64,000 nucleotides of DNA from a virus (taxonomy: Duplodnaviria > Heunggongvirae > Uroviricota > Caudoviricetes): IMG/VR virus record IMGVR_UViG_2706796243_000001. One strand, 5' to 3'. The notes beneath the pieces were generated by a model. That model searched no databases. It saw only the letters and a list, made by a program, of their open reading frames with translations, and had not been told where the DNA came from. Numbering within the stretch: position 1 is the first letter of the stretch; each line of letters opens with the position of its first letter. The position numbers and the translations under genes are program-made. Below are positions 9,220 to 19,087 of this stretch, piece after piece.

Positions 9220-9894
9220 ATGGCAGATGTTTCTTTTCCAACGGTGAAGGTCTCTGACCTTCCTTCCGCCGTCACCGTATCTGGTGGTGACTATGTAGTT
9301 ATGGATCAGGCAGACACAACCAGGAAGGCTTCTCTTGACACCATCATGACTCGTATGGGTATTATGAAGGTTGTCTTCTTTTCTGAGGGTGGGTTCCTTG
9401 AATCCAAGAAAGACCTTGCATTCTTTGATACGAATGGTAAGTATTACACATGGAATGGTGTTTACCCGAAAACAATTCCAATGTCATCTTCCCCGTCAAC
9501 CACAGGCGGCATCAGTGAGAACGCCTGGCAAGAGTTCGGTGCCAGTGGTGGCGGCGGTTCAACAGGTAAGGTTGTCAATCTTGGCAATGTCCAAGGGACA
9601 GCAACATGTAACCTTAACAGGGGTGATTCTTTTGTTGCCAACTTGACAGGTGGTCAGTGCGTTGTCATAATTACCAATCCATCAACGGCTCAGGATGTAT
9701 CTCAGTCGTTTACCTTATCCTTAACACAGGGTACAGGGGCGAATTTGGTTTCATGGCCCAGTAATATTAAGTGGAATTATGGGCGTGTTCCAGTTCTTTC
9801 TTATAAAACCGGGGTCCGAGACATCTTTCAGTTCGTCACTTATGATGGTGGGAATAGTTGGTTCGGCTCCCTTATTATGGCAGGAGTTGAGTAA
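9220..9894 (+). CDS. Short tail fibre/adaptor protein
   Basis: N-terminal anchor paralogous to 12693..14831; C-terminal LTQGTG..VSWP..IKW...LS...DIFQF domain. Confidence 0.65.
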   Translation: MADVSFPTVKVSDLPSAVTVSGGDYVVMDQADTTRKASLDTIMTRMGIMKVVFFSEGGFLESKKDLAFFDTNGKYYTWNGVYPKTIPMSSSPSTTGGISENAWQEFGASGGGGSTGKVVNLGNVQGTATCNLNRGDSFVANLTGGQCVVIITNPSTAQDVSQSFTLSLTQGTGANLVSWPSNIKWNYGRVPVLSYKTGVRDIFQFVTYDGGNSWFGSLIMAGVE

Positions 9895-12683
9895 TGGCAC
9901 AGTTACGCCACAACATTGATAATGTTTTTCAATTGATCGATGGTCACATACAGTTCCTTGAAAGAAACAAGGGAGAGACCATTGACCCGACAGTTCAGCA
10001 CTACATCCTGAACTTACAGAATGTTTTGGCTAACAACCGTCACTTTATCAACTGGACGGCTCAAGAAGCCCAGCCTAACGGTGATGCAACTACCGAGGGT
10101 CAGTCTGTCTTGATCCTCGGTTGCGCATATGCATATCTTGCAACCAACGACCCTAAATATCTGGAACTTGCAGAAGATTTTTGGCAAGCATATATCGACT
10201 GGTTCTTTGCTGGTCAGCCAATCCCAGATCCTCCGGCAGTGTATCGCCCGAACTGGATCATTAACGGGAAAGAGCCAAGGCTTGCACATTACCCACTGAC
10301 AGACGATGGATACCCAACCCACGGTGGGTTTAAGGGTAGCGTTATGTCATGGACAAATGGTAAGACGTTAATTCCTCATGGTGCTCCACATTGGGGAGAA
10401 TACCTTGACAAGGCTTGGTTCGCCTTTGATGGTAATCTTGGATGGAATTCCGTTAACGCCACAGTATATGCTGCTAACGCAGATGGTACGACAAATTGGG
10501 ATCAGTATGGGTCTCAGTGGGATGTCGATTGGATCATTGACAGACTCGGCAGAAAAGTTGATTGGGACGGTAATATTCTTGAAGAGGGTTTCCCAGAGGC
10601 GGAGTGGGGGACTGTTCAACTCAAAGATACCACGGTAACAGGAAATTTCAAATTCAACTATGCAACTTGCAACCCTGTAGAGCATGGTGGGTACTTGATG
10701 GATCGGAACACGATGTGGCATAACCGACCAGTCAACGTACCTATTGAGATGGGATTTCAGGACAACGCCTCTGATGCTGAAACTTGGTGGTGTGATGCCA
10801 ACTATGTTATGTATCAGATCACTGGTGAACGAAAGTATTGGCTGTGCTGGCAATCTTCTCTGATTGTTTGTGACAATTATTCCGATATTGACCGCTTTGA
10901 TAAGTTCTTCCGCAAATCAACATTTGCAATAATCCCTTTCACCGATGGGATCAGTTATGATTACTCATACCCATCTTCAGCAGTCCCTGTATACACCAGA
11001 GACTCTGAGGGTTATATTGGTATTCGTCAAAATGTGGCAGCACAGACAACGCTTGAACAGCAGGCTATCTGGTTCCGTGTTAATGGAGACTCAAAATTAC
11101 GTGTGCAGTTTGCAGGTAAGGACGATCTTGGCAATGGGTTGTTATTCAGACCAGAACTTGACCTGAACAAAACGAAGACGGAGGAAGGTCGTGTAACTTA
11201 TCGTTGCGGCTTACCAAGAGGCACAGACTCTATTGTGTCTATGGATGTGCCACTGTCCAATTTCGTCAGGTTGACCCCACCAGGTGGTGGCAACTACATA
11301 GTGGCTGATCCACGAATCGTTGTCGATTGGGGAACGAACACAACCGTTGACTTTCAATACCAAACAGGTATTCTTGGTAGGATCAACGATCAGGCTTGTA
11401 CACTTATCACAGATGCGGATGGTGGTTGCACTATTGGATTTTGGTTAACAGATACAGAGACTACGGATCTGAATGCGTTTACTTATCGCTCGTATGCCGA
11501 TGATTTCAATATTTCAATCACAGATGATAACCAGTGGAGATGGTGGGCTTTATTGCCTGCTACGAATGGTGAATGGACAACCCTACAGTTGAACACTGCA
11601 AGCTTTGCTTTGAGCAGTTATCAACCGGATCACCCAGACACCGATCCAAGACCAACAAACATTAATCTTCATGGGCTGAAACAGATAAACTTAGCTCCAG
11701 ACACCGATCCGGTTGATGGGGTAAGTGCAAAGATTGATTGGTATTGTGTCAACGCTGTCCCTGAACTGTATACCTCAAACAATGGTGACGATTATACTAT
11801 GTATTTTCGTATTACTGTTTCCGGTGATAATCCGTACAATGCAAAACTTGGTGATTGTACAATTATTGACTACAGGACTAACAGTCTGAACTATACCCCT
11901 GGACTGATACCGTTCTCAAACATCAGTGATCCGAACACTGCACTATACGATGGGTGGCGAGGATTACCATATCCGGGGTATCAATACCCTACCCTGTATT
12001 GCTTTAAGGATCTGGCTATTGACTGGACGAGATTGAACAATACTATTGACTTCCTTTATGACTCACAGATGTGGTTTTACAACACATTCCACCCTGTGAT
12101 GCCAGGTCCTATGGCTCAGGCTTTTGTATGGGATAGATGGGATGCTCGTAAATATGGTGAACCAAACACCTTCACAATGAAGCATTGGAATGAGAAGGCT
12201 TGGGATGGTTATGAAGCTCGTGCATTCTTCTGCGTTTGCCGTTGTATTTATGAATTATCTCAACGCAAAGAGGCTATTCCAAGTAAGTTGTTCACGGTTG
12301 CCAAAAACTGGGTGGATTACCTTAAATGGTTCCAAGACAACAACGAAGGAAGGACTCCGACCATCTTTAATCCAGATGGCACTGTTCTTGCTCCTGTTGA
12401 TGACTTCACAAGTCATATGTCTGCATTGTTTATGGGTGGTTGCGCCATGTTAGGAATGGCGGGAATGGGTACAAGGATTCCAAACATCGACCTTGTGGCA
12501 GAGCGTTGTTTTGACCTGATCCAGGAAAACTACATCGTCCTGACCCCTAATCACCCTATGAACGGAAGTTGGTCTGTTGCTCCTCGTGCAGATACAGACA
12601 ATGGGATGTTCTTTGGCTTCCATGCTGGAGAATTGTTAAGAGGTTTTGGACTGTACGCTATGTACAGAAACCTTACAAGATAA
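9894..12683 (+). CDS. Large virion protein with GH8-like glycoside hydrolase motifs and a central beta-rich insert
   Basis: TTEGQS and NASDAE resemble GH8 catalytic motifs (TSEGQSY / SASDGD); lies in the tail module. Confidence 0.6.
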   Translation: MAQLRHNIDNVFQLIDGHIQFLERNKGETIDPTVQHYILNLQNVLANNRHFINWTAQEAQPNGDATTEGQSVLILGCAYAYLATNDPKYLELAEDFWQAYIDWFFAGQPIPDPPAVYRPNWIINGKEPRLAHYPLTDDGYPTHGGFKGSVMSWTNGKTLIPHGAPHWGEYLDKAWFAFDGNLGWNSVNATVYAANADGTTNWDQYGSQWDVDWIIDRLGRKVDWDGNILEEGFPEAEWGTVQLKDTTVTGNFKFNYATCNPVEHGGYLMDRNTMWHNRPVNVPIEMGFQDNASDAETWWCDANYVMYQITGERKYWLCWQSSLIVCDNYSDIDRFDKFFRKSTFAIIPFTDGISYDYSYPSSAVPVYTRDSEGYIGIRQNVAAQTTLEQQAIWFRVNGDSKLRVQFAGKDDLGNGLLFRPELDLNKTKTEEGRVTYRCGLPRGTDSIVSMDVPLSNFVRLTPPGGGNYIVADPRIVVDWGTNTTVDFQYQTGILGRINDQACTLITDADGGCTIGFWLTDTETTDLNAFTYRSYADDFNISITDDNQWRWWALLPATNGEWTTLQLNTASFALSSYQPDHPDTDPRPTNINLHGLKQINLAPDTDPVDGVSAKIDWYCVNAVPELYTSNNGDDYTMYFRITVSGDNPYNAKLGDCTIIDYRTNSLNYTPGLIPFSNISDPNTALYDGWRGLPYPGYQYPTLYCFKDLAIDWTRLNNTIDFLYDSQMWFYNTFHPVMPGPMAQAFVWDRWDARKYGEPNTFTMKHWNEKAWDGYEARAFFCVCRCIYELSQRKEAIPSKLFTVAKNWVDYLKWFQDNNEGRTPTIFNPDGTVLAPVDDFTSHMSALFMGGCAMLGMAGMGTRIPNIDLVAERCFDLIQENYIVLTPNHPMNGSWSVAPRADTDNGMFFGFHAGELLRGFGLYAMYRNLTR

Positions 12684-12692
12684 GAGGAATTA

Positions 12693-14831
12693 ATGGCAGA
12701 TCTATTACCTACCGTCAAGATTTCAGATTTACCGAATGCGACGGAATCTTTCGAGGGAGACTACCTGGTTGTTGACCAGTCGGATGCAACCCGTAAATCA
12801 ACATGGTCAGATATGTTCTCCCGTTTCGGGTTGATGCGCCTGTTTTCCTTCCAAGAAGGGGGGACGCTTGTCTCCCCCAAAGATCAGGTGATCGACAGAT
12901 CAACCAACAGGATCTATCAATGGACAGGGGCATACCCGAAACTTGTTCCTGCCGACTCCACACCGGAGACTACAGGTGGTGTTGGTGAAGGGGCGTGGTC
13001 AGCTAACGACCCATCTCTACGTGGAGACCTTGCAGGTGCTAATGGCTCAACCTTTATCGGTGGACCAGCGGGAACAGTGGCTCAATCACTCGATGGTTTT
13101 GTTACCCCTGCACAATTCATGGGGAAATATCCAACAACGACAGAGGCTGTAACAGCGTTAGCTGCATACGCAAAAGAGAACAAAAAAGCTGTTCTTGCAT
13201 GGGGATGGAACCTTGTTCTTGAGACAAGTGTGTATATCGACGGTGTTGAATGGTATGGTGGAAGCTTTAACCAGACTGGCGGCAACAGATACATGTATTT
13301 ATCAAACAGCACATTCCGCTGGGTGACCTTCACAGGTGTTTGTACTCGCCATTATGGTGGGCGTCTGATCATTACAGACTCCTCATGGGTTAACAATACC
13401 AACACCGCAGCGATGTTACTACAAGCCCTCCCTATAGAAGGTACAATTGACATTCTGGATAGTGATTTCAGAGGTTGTAAATATGGTATCCTTCAGCAAG
13501 GTACAGGCGCTCTTGTTACTCGCGCACGTTTTGCCCGTCTCAACTTTAACGATTTGACAGGCGATGCTATTGAGTGTAACGTTGTACAGAGACACTATAA
13601 AGCGGGTGGTTTGACAATCGAAGATATTAACATCGACAACATCAACAATACAGATAACTCTCCTAACTGGGGTATTGGTATCGGTGTTGCGGGGCAGGGA
13701 CCGTATGGTGCTAACGCCTCTGATGACCAATATGTTAGTGGGATCATCATTCGTAACGTTAAGATGCGTCGAGTTCGTCAATGTATCCACTTCGAGCTTT
13801 GCCGTGACTTTAAGGTCGAGAACGTTGAGGTTTATCCTGATGCATCCGTTTCTAACGGAACACTGCTGGCATCCGGTGGTGTCGTATGTTATGGTTGCAA
13901 AGACTATATCATTGATGGTGTTCGTGGCGAAATGGTCAACGGTGCTACCCGATTCATTTATTTTGGGTGGGGTGTTAACCAAGGAACCTTTGCTGCTCCG
14001 TGCCGTGACTTTACACTGCGAAATGTACGTACTCATACGGGACTGGTAGATATTCCAGTTAGTGCTATGGATGACTGGACCAACGATGTGAAGGTTGAGG
14101 ACATTGAGTGCCACACTTTCAAATATCGCGGTCTTGTCTCAAAACTTCGTCTTGCTGACATCCGCTGTAAACAGTTTGATGGTATTGGCGACTATGAGGC
14201 TGGACAGGGTGAGGCAGGCGGGGCGATGAAGCGTTGGGCTTGGTGTTCTGCTGAGATCATTAATATCAATAGCCTTGATGATAATGGTGTCGCTAACGGT
14301 AAGTTCGGTCAGGTAGGCTTTGACCACTTAACAACATACGGTTGTAACTTCGATGTGGTTCAGCACTCAAAGACAAACGGAAACAGAGGTGTCATACTGC
14401 TTAATGCTGGTAACATCTATATCTCTGATAATGATGATTTTCCTCAAGGAAAGGAATTCGTTAAAGGGGACATCATTCTGAAGAAGACTGGTGGTATGTT
14501 TGTTGTTGAGACAGGGGGTTCTTACATTGAACCTAATGATTTCATCAAGGCAACTGTGGTTGGCTCAAAAACGATTGAGTGTGCAGCAGATTCAAGTATC
14601 CGACAACCTTGGGCTACTCGTGCATTTAAATCTGCTGGGTTGCAACTCACCATCCCAGGCGCAGGCCCCGGTGGTGCGGATCTCCAGACAACGGTTATAA
14701 GAGCGCCATATCAAAAAGGTGCTTGGATCACACCGTTCTATCTGGACATTGCAGATCCAATCCAGACAGCCACACCTGATAACACGGCTCTTGTTTCGAC
14801 AAATCCCGTAGTATACAGCGAAAGGACTTAA
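12693..14831 (+). CDS. Tailspike, WcaM-like putative colanic acid depolymerase
   Basis: Anchor plus tailspike N-domain, then beta-helix with NWGIGIGVAG..Y...SDDQ.V...RQCIHFE like WcaM. Confidence 0.75.
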   Translation: MADLLPTVKISDLPNATESFEGDYLVVDQSDATRKSTWSDMFSRFGLMRLFSFQEGGTLVSPKDQVIDRSTNRIYQWTGAYPKLVPADSTPETTGGVGEGAWSANDPSLRGDLAGANGSTFIGGPAGTVAQSLDGFVTPAQFMGKYPTTTEAVTALAAYAKENKKAVLAWGWNLVLETSVYIDGVEWYGGSFNQTGGNRYMYLSNSTFRWVTFTGVCTRHYGGRLIITDSSWVNNTNTAAMLLQALPIEGTIDILDSDFRGCKYGILQQGTGALVTRARFARLNFNDLTGDAIECNVVQRHYKAGGLTIEDINIDNINNTDNSPNWGIGIGVAGQGPYGANASDDQYVSGIIIRNVKMRRVRQCIHFELCRDFKVENVEVYPDASVSNGTLLASGGVVCYGCKDYIIDGVRGEMVNGATRFIYFGWGVNQGTFAAPCRDFTLRNVRTHTGLVDIPVSAMDDWTNDVKVEDIECHTFKYRGLVSKLRLADIRCKQFDGIGDYEAGQGEAGGAMKRWAWCSAEIININSLDDNGVANGKFGQVGFDHLTTYGCNFDVVQHSKTNGNRGVILLNAGNIYISDNDDFPQGKEFVKGDIILKKTGGMFVVETGGSYIEPNDFIKATVVGSKTIECAADSSIRQPWATRAFKSAGLQLTIPGAGPGGADLQTTVIRAPYQKGAWITPFYLDIADPIQTATPDNTALVSTNPVVYSERT

Positions 14832-14836
14832 ATAAC

Positions 14837-14856
14837 AAGGGGCTTCGGCCCCTTTT
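14837..14856 (+). terminator. Terminator AAGGGGC-TTCG-GCCCCTTTT
   Basis: Identical to 5586-5605. Confidence 0.9.
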
Positions 14857-14887
14857 CTTATTATAAGCCTTTATAATTAAATCACAA

Positions 14888-14906
14888 TATGATAAAATAG
14901 CAACAT
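14888..14906 (+). promoter_or_regulatory. Putative late promoter motif (copy 2)
   Basis: TATGATAAAATAGCAACAT; follows the terminator and precedes baseplate J. Confidence 0.6.
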
Positions 14907-14939
14907 CTTAGAGCAAAAATCTAGCAAGAGGAGGCGTTC

Positions 14940-16433
14940 GTGGCTGCTCAATATGGATTAAATGACTACGGCTTTGCGATCCCATCCCTCGATGATTTAA
15001 TCGCAGATACCAAGCAGTCGCTGATCCGAACTTTTGGTGAAAACTTCAACACTCAGGCTAACACTGTTGTTGACAAACTTACCACAATTTTGAATGAAAG
15101 AGAATATCAGTTGATCCTTCTGGCTGCGGCTGTGTATTCTGCACAGACACTTGCAGGGGCAGAAGGTATTTATCTTGATGAACTGCTTGGTCGTCGTGGT
15201 ATTTATCGTCGTGGTAAAACCAGAGGATCAGGTACTATCCAGATGGTTGTTAACAACACCGTCCCGTACAACATGATTTACAGTTCTTCAACATATAGCA
15301 TTGACAGTGGTAACTTCGTACTCACGCAGGACACTCCTGTCGCAGGGAATATCCTGGCGCAACAAATCCTTAACCAAGATTGGGTTCTTGGTAACTATAC
15401 GTTCCAGATGATTAATCAGAACGATGGTTCAACAAAATCAATGAACTTGACGCTAAGTAATAAGGTGCCTAACAGCCCTCAGTTAAATGCGTTCATGTCA
15501 TCGATTAAGGATTTCATTGTTGACAACTCCACACAGTTAAACGAAGACAGGATCTTCATTGACTCTGCGGGTGGAGCGATGTATATCGGGTATGATGCTA
15601 ACAAGAAAATGATCGGACTTAACAGTCGTGTTGATTTCCGTTCATCACCCGTAGTGGGCCAGAGAACAATTACCATTGAAGTAATTGCTGCTGAAGCAGG
15701 GGCTATTTCTCGTGAAGCAAATACTGTAACGAATATCACACCGACACCAAGCGGTTTTATCAGCATGACCAACATGACCGCCTTTAATGACGGTTCCGAT
15801 GTTGAGACAGACACTGATTACAAGGTTCGTGCTTCACAAAGCACCGCAGCAGGTGCTGCTGCCACTAGACCTGCCGTTATTTCTGCCGTTTTAAACGTCG
15901 AGGGCGTCAGCAAGGTTCGTGTATTCTCAAACAACACAGGGGAAACAGACCAGTTTGGTGTTCCGGCATATAAGTTTGAGACTGTAGTTTATGGTGGTTC
16001 CACAGAAGAAATCAGTGAAGCACTTTATAACACAATCGCATTGTCCAACGCAACCTATGGTAATGTTTTTTATGATGTTACCACAGAGGATGATCAGACG
16101 GAACGTATCTATCACAGCAAAGCACAGGCTCGTGAGCTTGCAGTCCGTGTTCGTTATAAAGGAAAGCTCCTGTCCGTGACAGAGCAAAACACTATCAAAG
16201 ATGCATTGAAAGCCGTTGTTGATCCTCTCAACATTGCAGATACACTTTACAACATCCAGTTGGTATCCGCAGTTGGTTCCTCTATTTCACCAGGGCGCTT
16301 CACGCAATTGTTGGTGGATGTTAAGAACACTGACCAACCTGACAGTGCTTATACTAACAGCGATGTTGTTGCAGGTATGACAGAAGTCTTTGCTTTAGAT
16401 ACAGACGACATTACATTCCAGCAAATCATCTAA
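14940..16433 (+). CDS. Baseplate J-like wedge protein
   Basis: AEGIYLDEL, GSDVETDTDYKVR, VEGVSKVRVFSN motifs; GTG start with GAGGAGG SD. Confidence 0.9.
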   Translation: MAAQYGLNDYGFAIPSLDDLIADTKQSLIRTFGENFNTQANTVVDKLTTILNEREYQLILLAAAVYSAQTLAGAEGIYLDELLGRRGIYRRGKTRGSGTIQMVVNNTVPYNMIYSSSTYSIDSGNFVLTQDTPVAGNILAQQILNQDWVLGNYTFQMINQNDGSTKSMNLTLSNKVPNSPQLNAFMSSIKDFIVDNSTQLNEDRIFIDSAGGAMYIGYDANKKMIGLNSRVDFRSSPVVGQRTITIEVIAAEAGAISREANTVTNITPTPSGFISMTNMTAFNDGSDVETDTDYKVRASQSTAAGAAATRPAVISAVLNVEGVSKVRVFSNNTGETDQFGVPAYKFETVVYGGSTEEISEALYNTIALSNATYGNVFYDVTTEDDQTERIYHSKAQARELAVRVRYKGKLLSVTEQNTIKDALKAVVDPLNIADTLYNIQLVSAVGSSISPGRFTQLLVDVKNTDQPDSAYTNSDVVAGMTEVFALDTDDITFQQII

Positions 16434-16443
16434 TGAGGTAAGT

Positions 16444-17076
16444 ATGGCAGACTATTTAAAGGATGTCAACCACATCCATACTCTGCCAGATTTCGTTGAG
16501 GGAGGTATTGAATATCTCCCTGGCGATTTTCTGAAAGAGAAAGAAAACCTTGTCAAATTTATGACGGTTTATCTGGAACGCCTCAAAAAGCTTGATGAAA
16601 TGTGGGTCAACTTGTCTGAGGGCAGATTACTGAAAAATGCGACAGGTGTCAACCTTGATGAGATAGGGAAGCAGGTCGGGATTGAGCGTGATGGCTTGAG
16701 CGATATGAACTATCGTGCCATCATTATCATCCTTTTGGCAAGTGCTGCGAAGCACGGGACAAGACCTGAAGTTATCGATACCCTTAACCAGTTGTTCGGG
16801 GAAGGTAACTTTACCACATACAAGGGTGATAACTACCGTTTCGATATTAACATTTCCAAAACATGTTTCGAATTGGAGACTGCTCTCCAGGAGATTCAAG
16901 ACATGTTGCCTATGCCAACACACCTGAGACTAACAGAGTCAACTGGTACGGCTTTTGGATTCGCAGGCGATAAACATGCACTCGGATTCGGTTCTATCCA
17001 CTCAGGAAGCCGAACAGGAGAGGGTGGTCTTGCTCACCTGACGTATGTGTCTGATGAAGAGAATACCTTGATTTAA
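16444..17076 (+). CDS. Baseplate wedge protein (DUF2612-like)
   Basis: ATGVNLDEIGKQVGIER..LSD..YR motif; follows baseplate J. Confidence 0.8.
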   Translation: MADYLKDVNHIHTLPDFVEGGIEYLPGDFLKEKENLVKFMTVYLERLKKLDEMWVNLSEGRLLKNATGVNLDEIGKQVGIERDGLSDMNYRAIIIILLASAAKHGTRPEVIDTLNQLFGEGNFTTYKGDNYRFDINISKTCFELETALQEIQDMLPMPTHLRLTESTGTAFGFAGDKHALGFGSIHSGSRTGEGGLAHLTYVSDEENTLI

Positions 17077-17087
17077 GGGAGATTACA

Positions 17088-18209
17088 ATGGCAGCGCCAA
17101 CAGTACCTATTGAGATTTGGGCTTATGGAGATATTGTTCTTCCTAACACCCATGAATTAAACAAAGCACGTCCTATCGATGACCTGTGGAACAAAGGTTG
17201 GGACCTTGGTGAAAAGCCAACAGTCGAAGAATTTAACTACGTTTTAAATATGCTGACTGCATGGGCCAAGTATATCACTGGTGAGCAGATCCCTGGTCTC
17301 GACAGTCGTTTCTTACGTGTGAATCAGAACCTTGCAGACCTTGCAGACAAGGCCGCAGCAAGAACAAACCTCGATGTTTGGAGTAAAACAGAGTCTGATA
17401 CCAGATATGTGAACATTTCAGGCGACACCATGACTGGTGCATTATCTGTTCCACGCCTGAACCTCCAACCATCCGAATCAGATTACGCATACATCACGAC
17501 CACCAACCCAGCAGCAGACACCACATTCTTTGATTTTGTAGTTGGTGATAATATCGGTAATGCCCCAGGTACGTCGAGCATCGATAGTATGCGTTTCCGC
17601 TTCGTCCCTTCTGGTGGCTCAATCTTCACAATGATGGAGTTGAATGCGATCAGTGGCACTGCTGCACTGTGTAGGGTAACTGGTAACATTATCGCAAGCG
17701 GAAGTATAAGCGGTGCAAGCGTCACTGCAACCACTGCAAACTTCACAAACACTACCGTAAGCGGTACGCTGAATGCTCCAACTATTCAGTCCACAACAAT
17801 CAGGACAGGGACCTTAACGGCAACAGGAAACGTTCAAGGGTTCAACGTTGTCGCAACAAGCTCTTTAACAACCCCATATGCCAGTGTAAACGGACAGTGT
17901 AACGTTAACTCCCTTGTTGTCAACAACAACTCCGCTACAGTTGGTGGACGAAACGTTGTGAGAGCAATCAATGGTGCAACGGCAGATGGTAACGGTAACG
18001 TCACACTAAACCTGTCTGGATTTGTTCAGCAGATCCGTTTAGGTAATAGGTTTGCCACAGGTGTAAGTGAATCCAGATTTTATGCAGGTCACGTCATGAC
18101 CGGGTGGGCTTTCGGTAACAAGAAAGAATTGAGGGGCGCAACTTACTACACTGCACCACTACAGTATCTCATTAACGGACAATGGGTAACTGTTTCCAAC
18201 CTGAACTAA
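17088..18209 (+). CDS. Tail fibre protein
   Basis: Fibre N-terminus (WNKGW..EKPTVEEFN), NLADLADKAAARTNL repeat, C-terminal IRLG...LQYLINGQWVTV tip typical of Tfa-dependent fibres. Confidence 0.85.
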   Translation: MAAPTVPIEIWAYGDIVLPNTHELNKARPIDDLWNKGWDLGEKPTVEEFNYVLNMLTAWAKYITGEQIPGLDSRFLRVNQNLADLADKAAARTNLDVWSKTESDTRYVNISGDTMTGALSVPRLNLQPSESDYAYITTTNPAADTTFFDFVVGDNIGNAPGTSSIDSMRFRFVPSGGSIFTMMELNAISGTAALCRVTGNIIASGSISGASVTATTANFTNTTVSGTLNAPTIQSTTIRTGTLTATGNVQGFNVVATSSLTTPYASVNGQCNVNSLVVNNNSATVGGRNVVRAINGATADGNGNVTLNLSGFVQQIRLGNRFATGVSESRFYAGHVMTGWAFGNKKELRGATYYTAPLQYLINGQWVTVSNLN

Positions 18210-18218
18210 GGAGGATTT

Positions 18219-18773
18219 ATGACAAAGGTATATGGTGAATTTTCATTATACACCCCAACAAAGACGGACGAGAACGCCGCATTCCTGGAGTCAGGTGCAG
18301 TTTTCCTGAAAGATAAAGATGGGGAAGATTGGTACGACATAGTGAAAGAGTTGACAAAATTGAAAGAGGGGACCAAGTTCCTTCTTCTGTCTTCCGGTGA
18401 TGTCGTGTTGTGTGTGTCTTCTGATCCATCAGCATACTTCCCAGACCAAATGAAGGTTGCTGTTGTTGATGAAGTTCCTGATGGTATTGAATCCCGTTTA
18501 GGGGCTGTGCAATTCATCTCTGGGGAGTTTAAAGCTTACAATAAAGAGGCTATTGCACAGGCCGAAGTTCTTCTGGACAGTGAAATGTCTTGGGCTACAA
18601 ACCAGATTTTAGCCCTTGAAGATTTGATTTCCAGAGGACCTACTTTGGATTCCCAGAAAGCGTATCTCGAAAAGCTAAAGACATACCGTATTGATCTTTT
18701 AGCAATAGACCCGGAGGATGCTCCTAATATCAAGTGGCCTGAAAGACCAGCCAAGAGCAAAAGGATTCTATAA
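18219..18773 (+). CDS. Tail fibre assembly chaperone (Tfa-like)
   Basis: FLKDKDGEDWY N-terminus and YRIDL......IKWPERP C-terminus. Confidence 0.8.
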   Translation: MTKVYGEFSLYTPTKTDENAAFLESGAVFLKDKDGEDWYDIVKELTKLKEGTKFLLLSSGDVVLCVSSDPSAYFPDQMKVAVVDEVPDGIESRLGAVQFISGEFKAYNKEAIAQAEVLLDSEMSWATNQILALEDLISRGPTLDSQKAYLEKLKTYRIDLLAIDPEDAPNIKWPERPAKSKRIL

Positions 18774-19087
18774 TGTCTATTGACTTATTTGCTATCCTCA
18801 AAGCTGTTTGGGGCGTTATCACGTTTGTTTTAATTGGTGTCCTGAGAATCACATACTCAGATTACAAAAAAACGCAAGAGCGCCTTGATGAACTTGATAG
18901 AGACATCATAAGGATTAAGGCAGAGATGGTCACTAAGGAAAAACTTGACGAGATTCTGGATAAGAAACTCAAAACGGTTCGTGATGACGTTTCAGACTTG
19001 CGTAAGGACATTAAAGAAGACGTGGGCGATCTTCGTGCTGACCTCAGCAATCAGTTCAAGCTACTCATGGAGAATCAACGTCGATGA
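18773..19087 (+). CDS. Membrane-anchored coiled-coil protein (possible lysis accessory)
   Basis: One N-terminal TM helix plus a charged coiled coil; TAATG coupling. Confidence 0.6.
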   Translation: MSIDLFAILKAVWGVITFVLIGVLRITYSDYKKTQERLDELDRDIIRIKAEMVTKEKLDEILDKKLKTVRDDVSDLRKDIKEDVGDLRADLSNQFKLLMENQRR

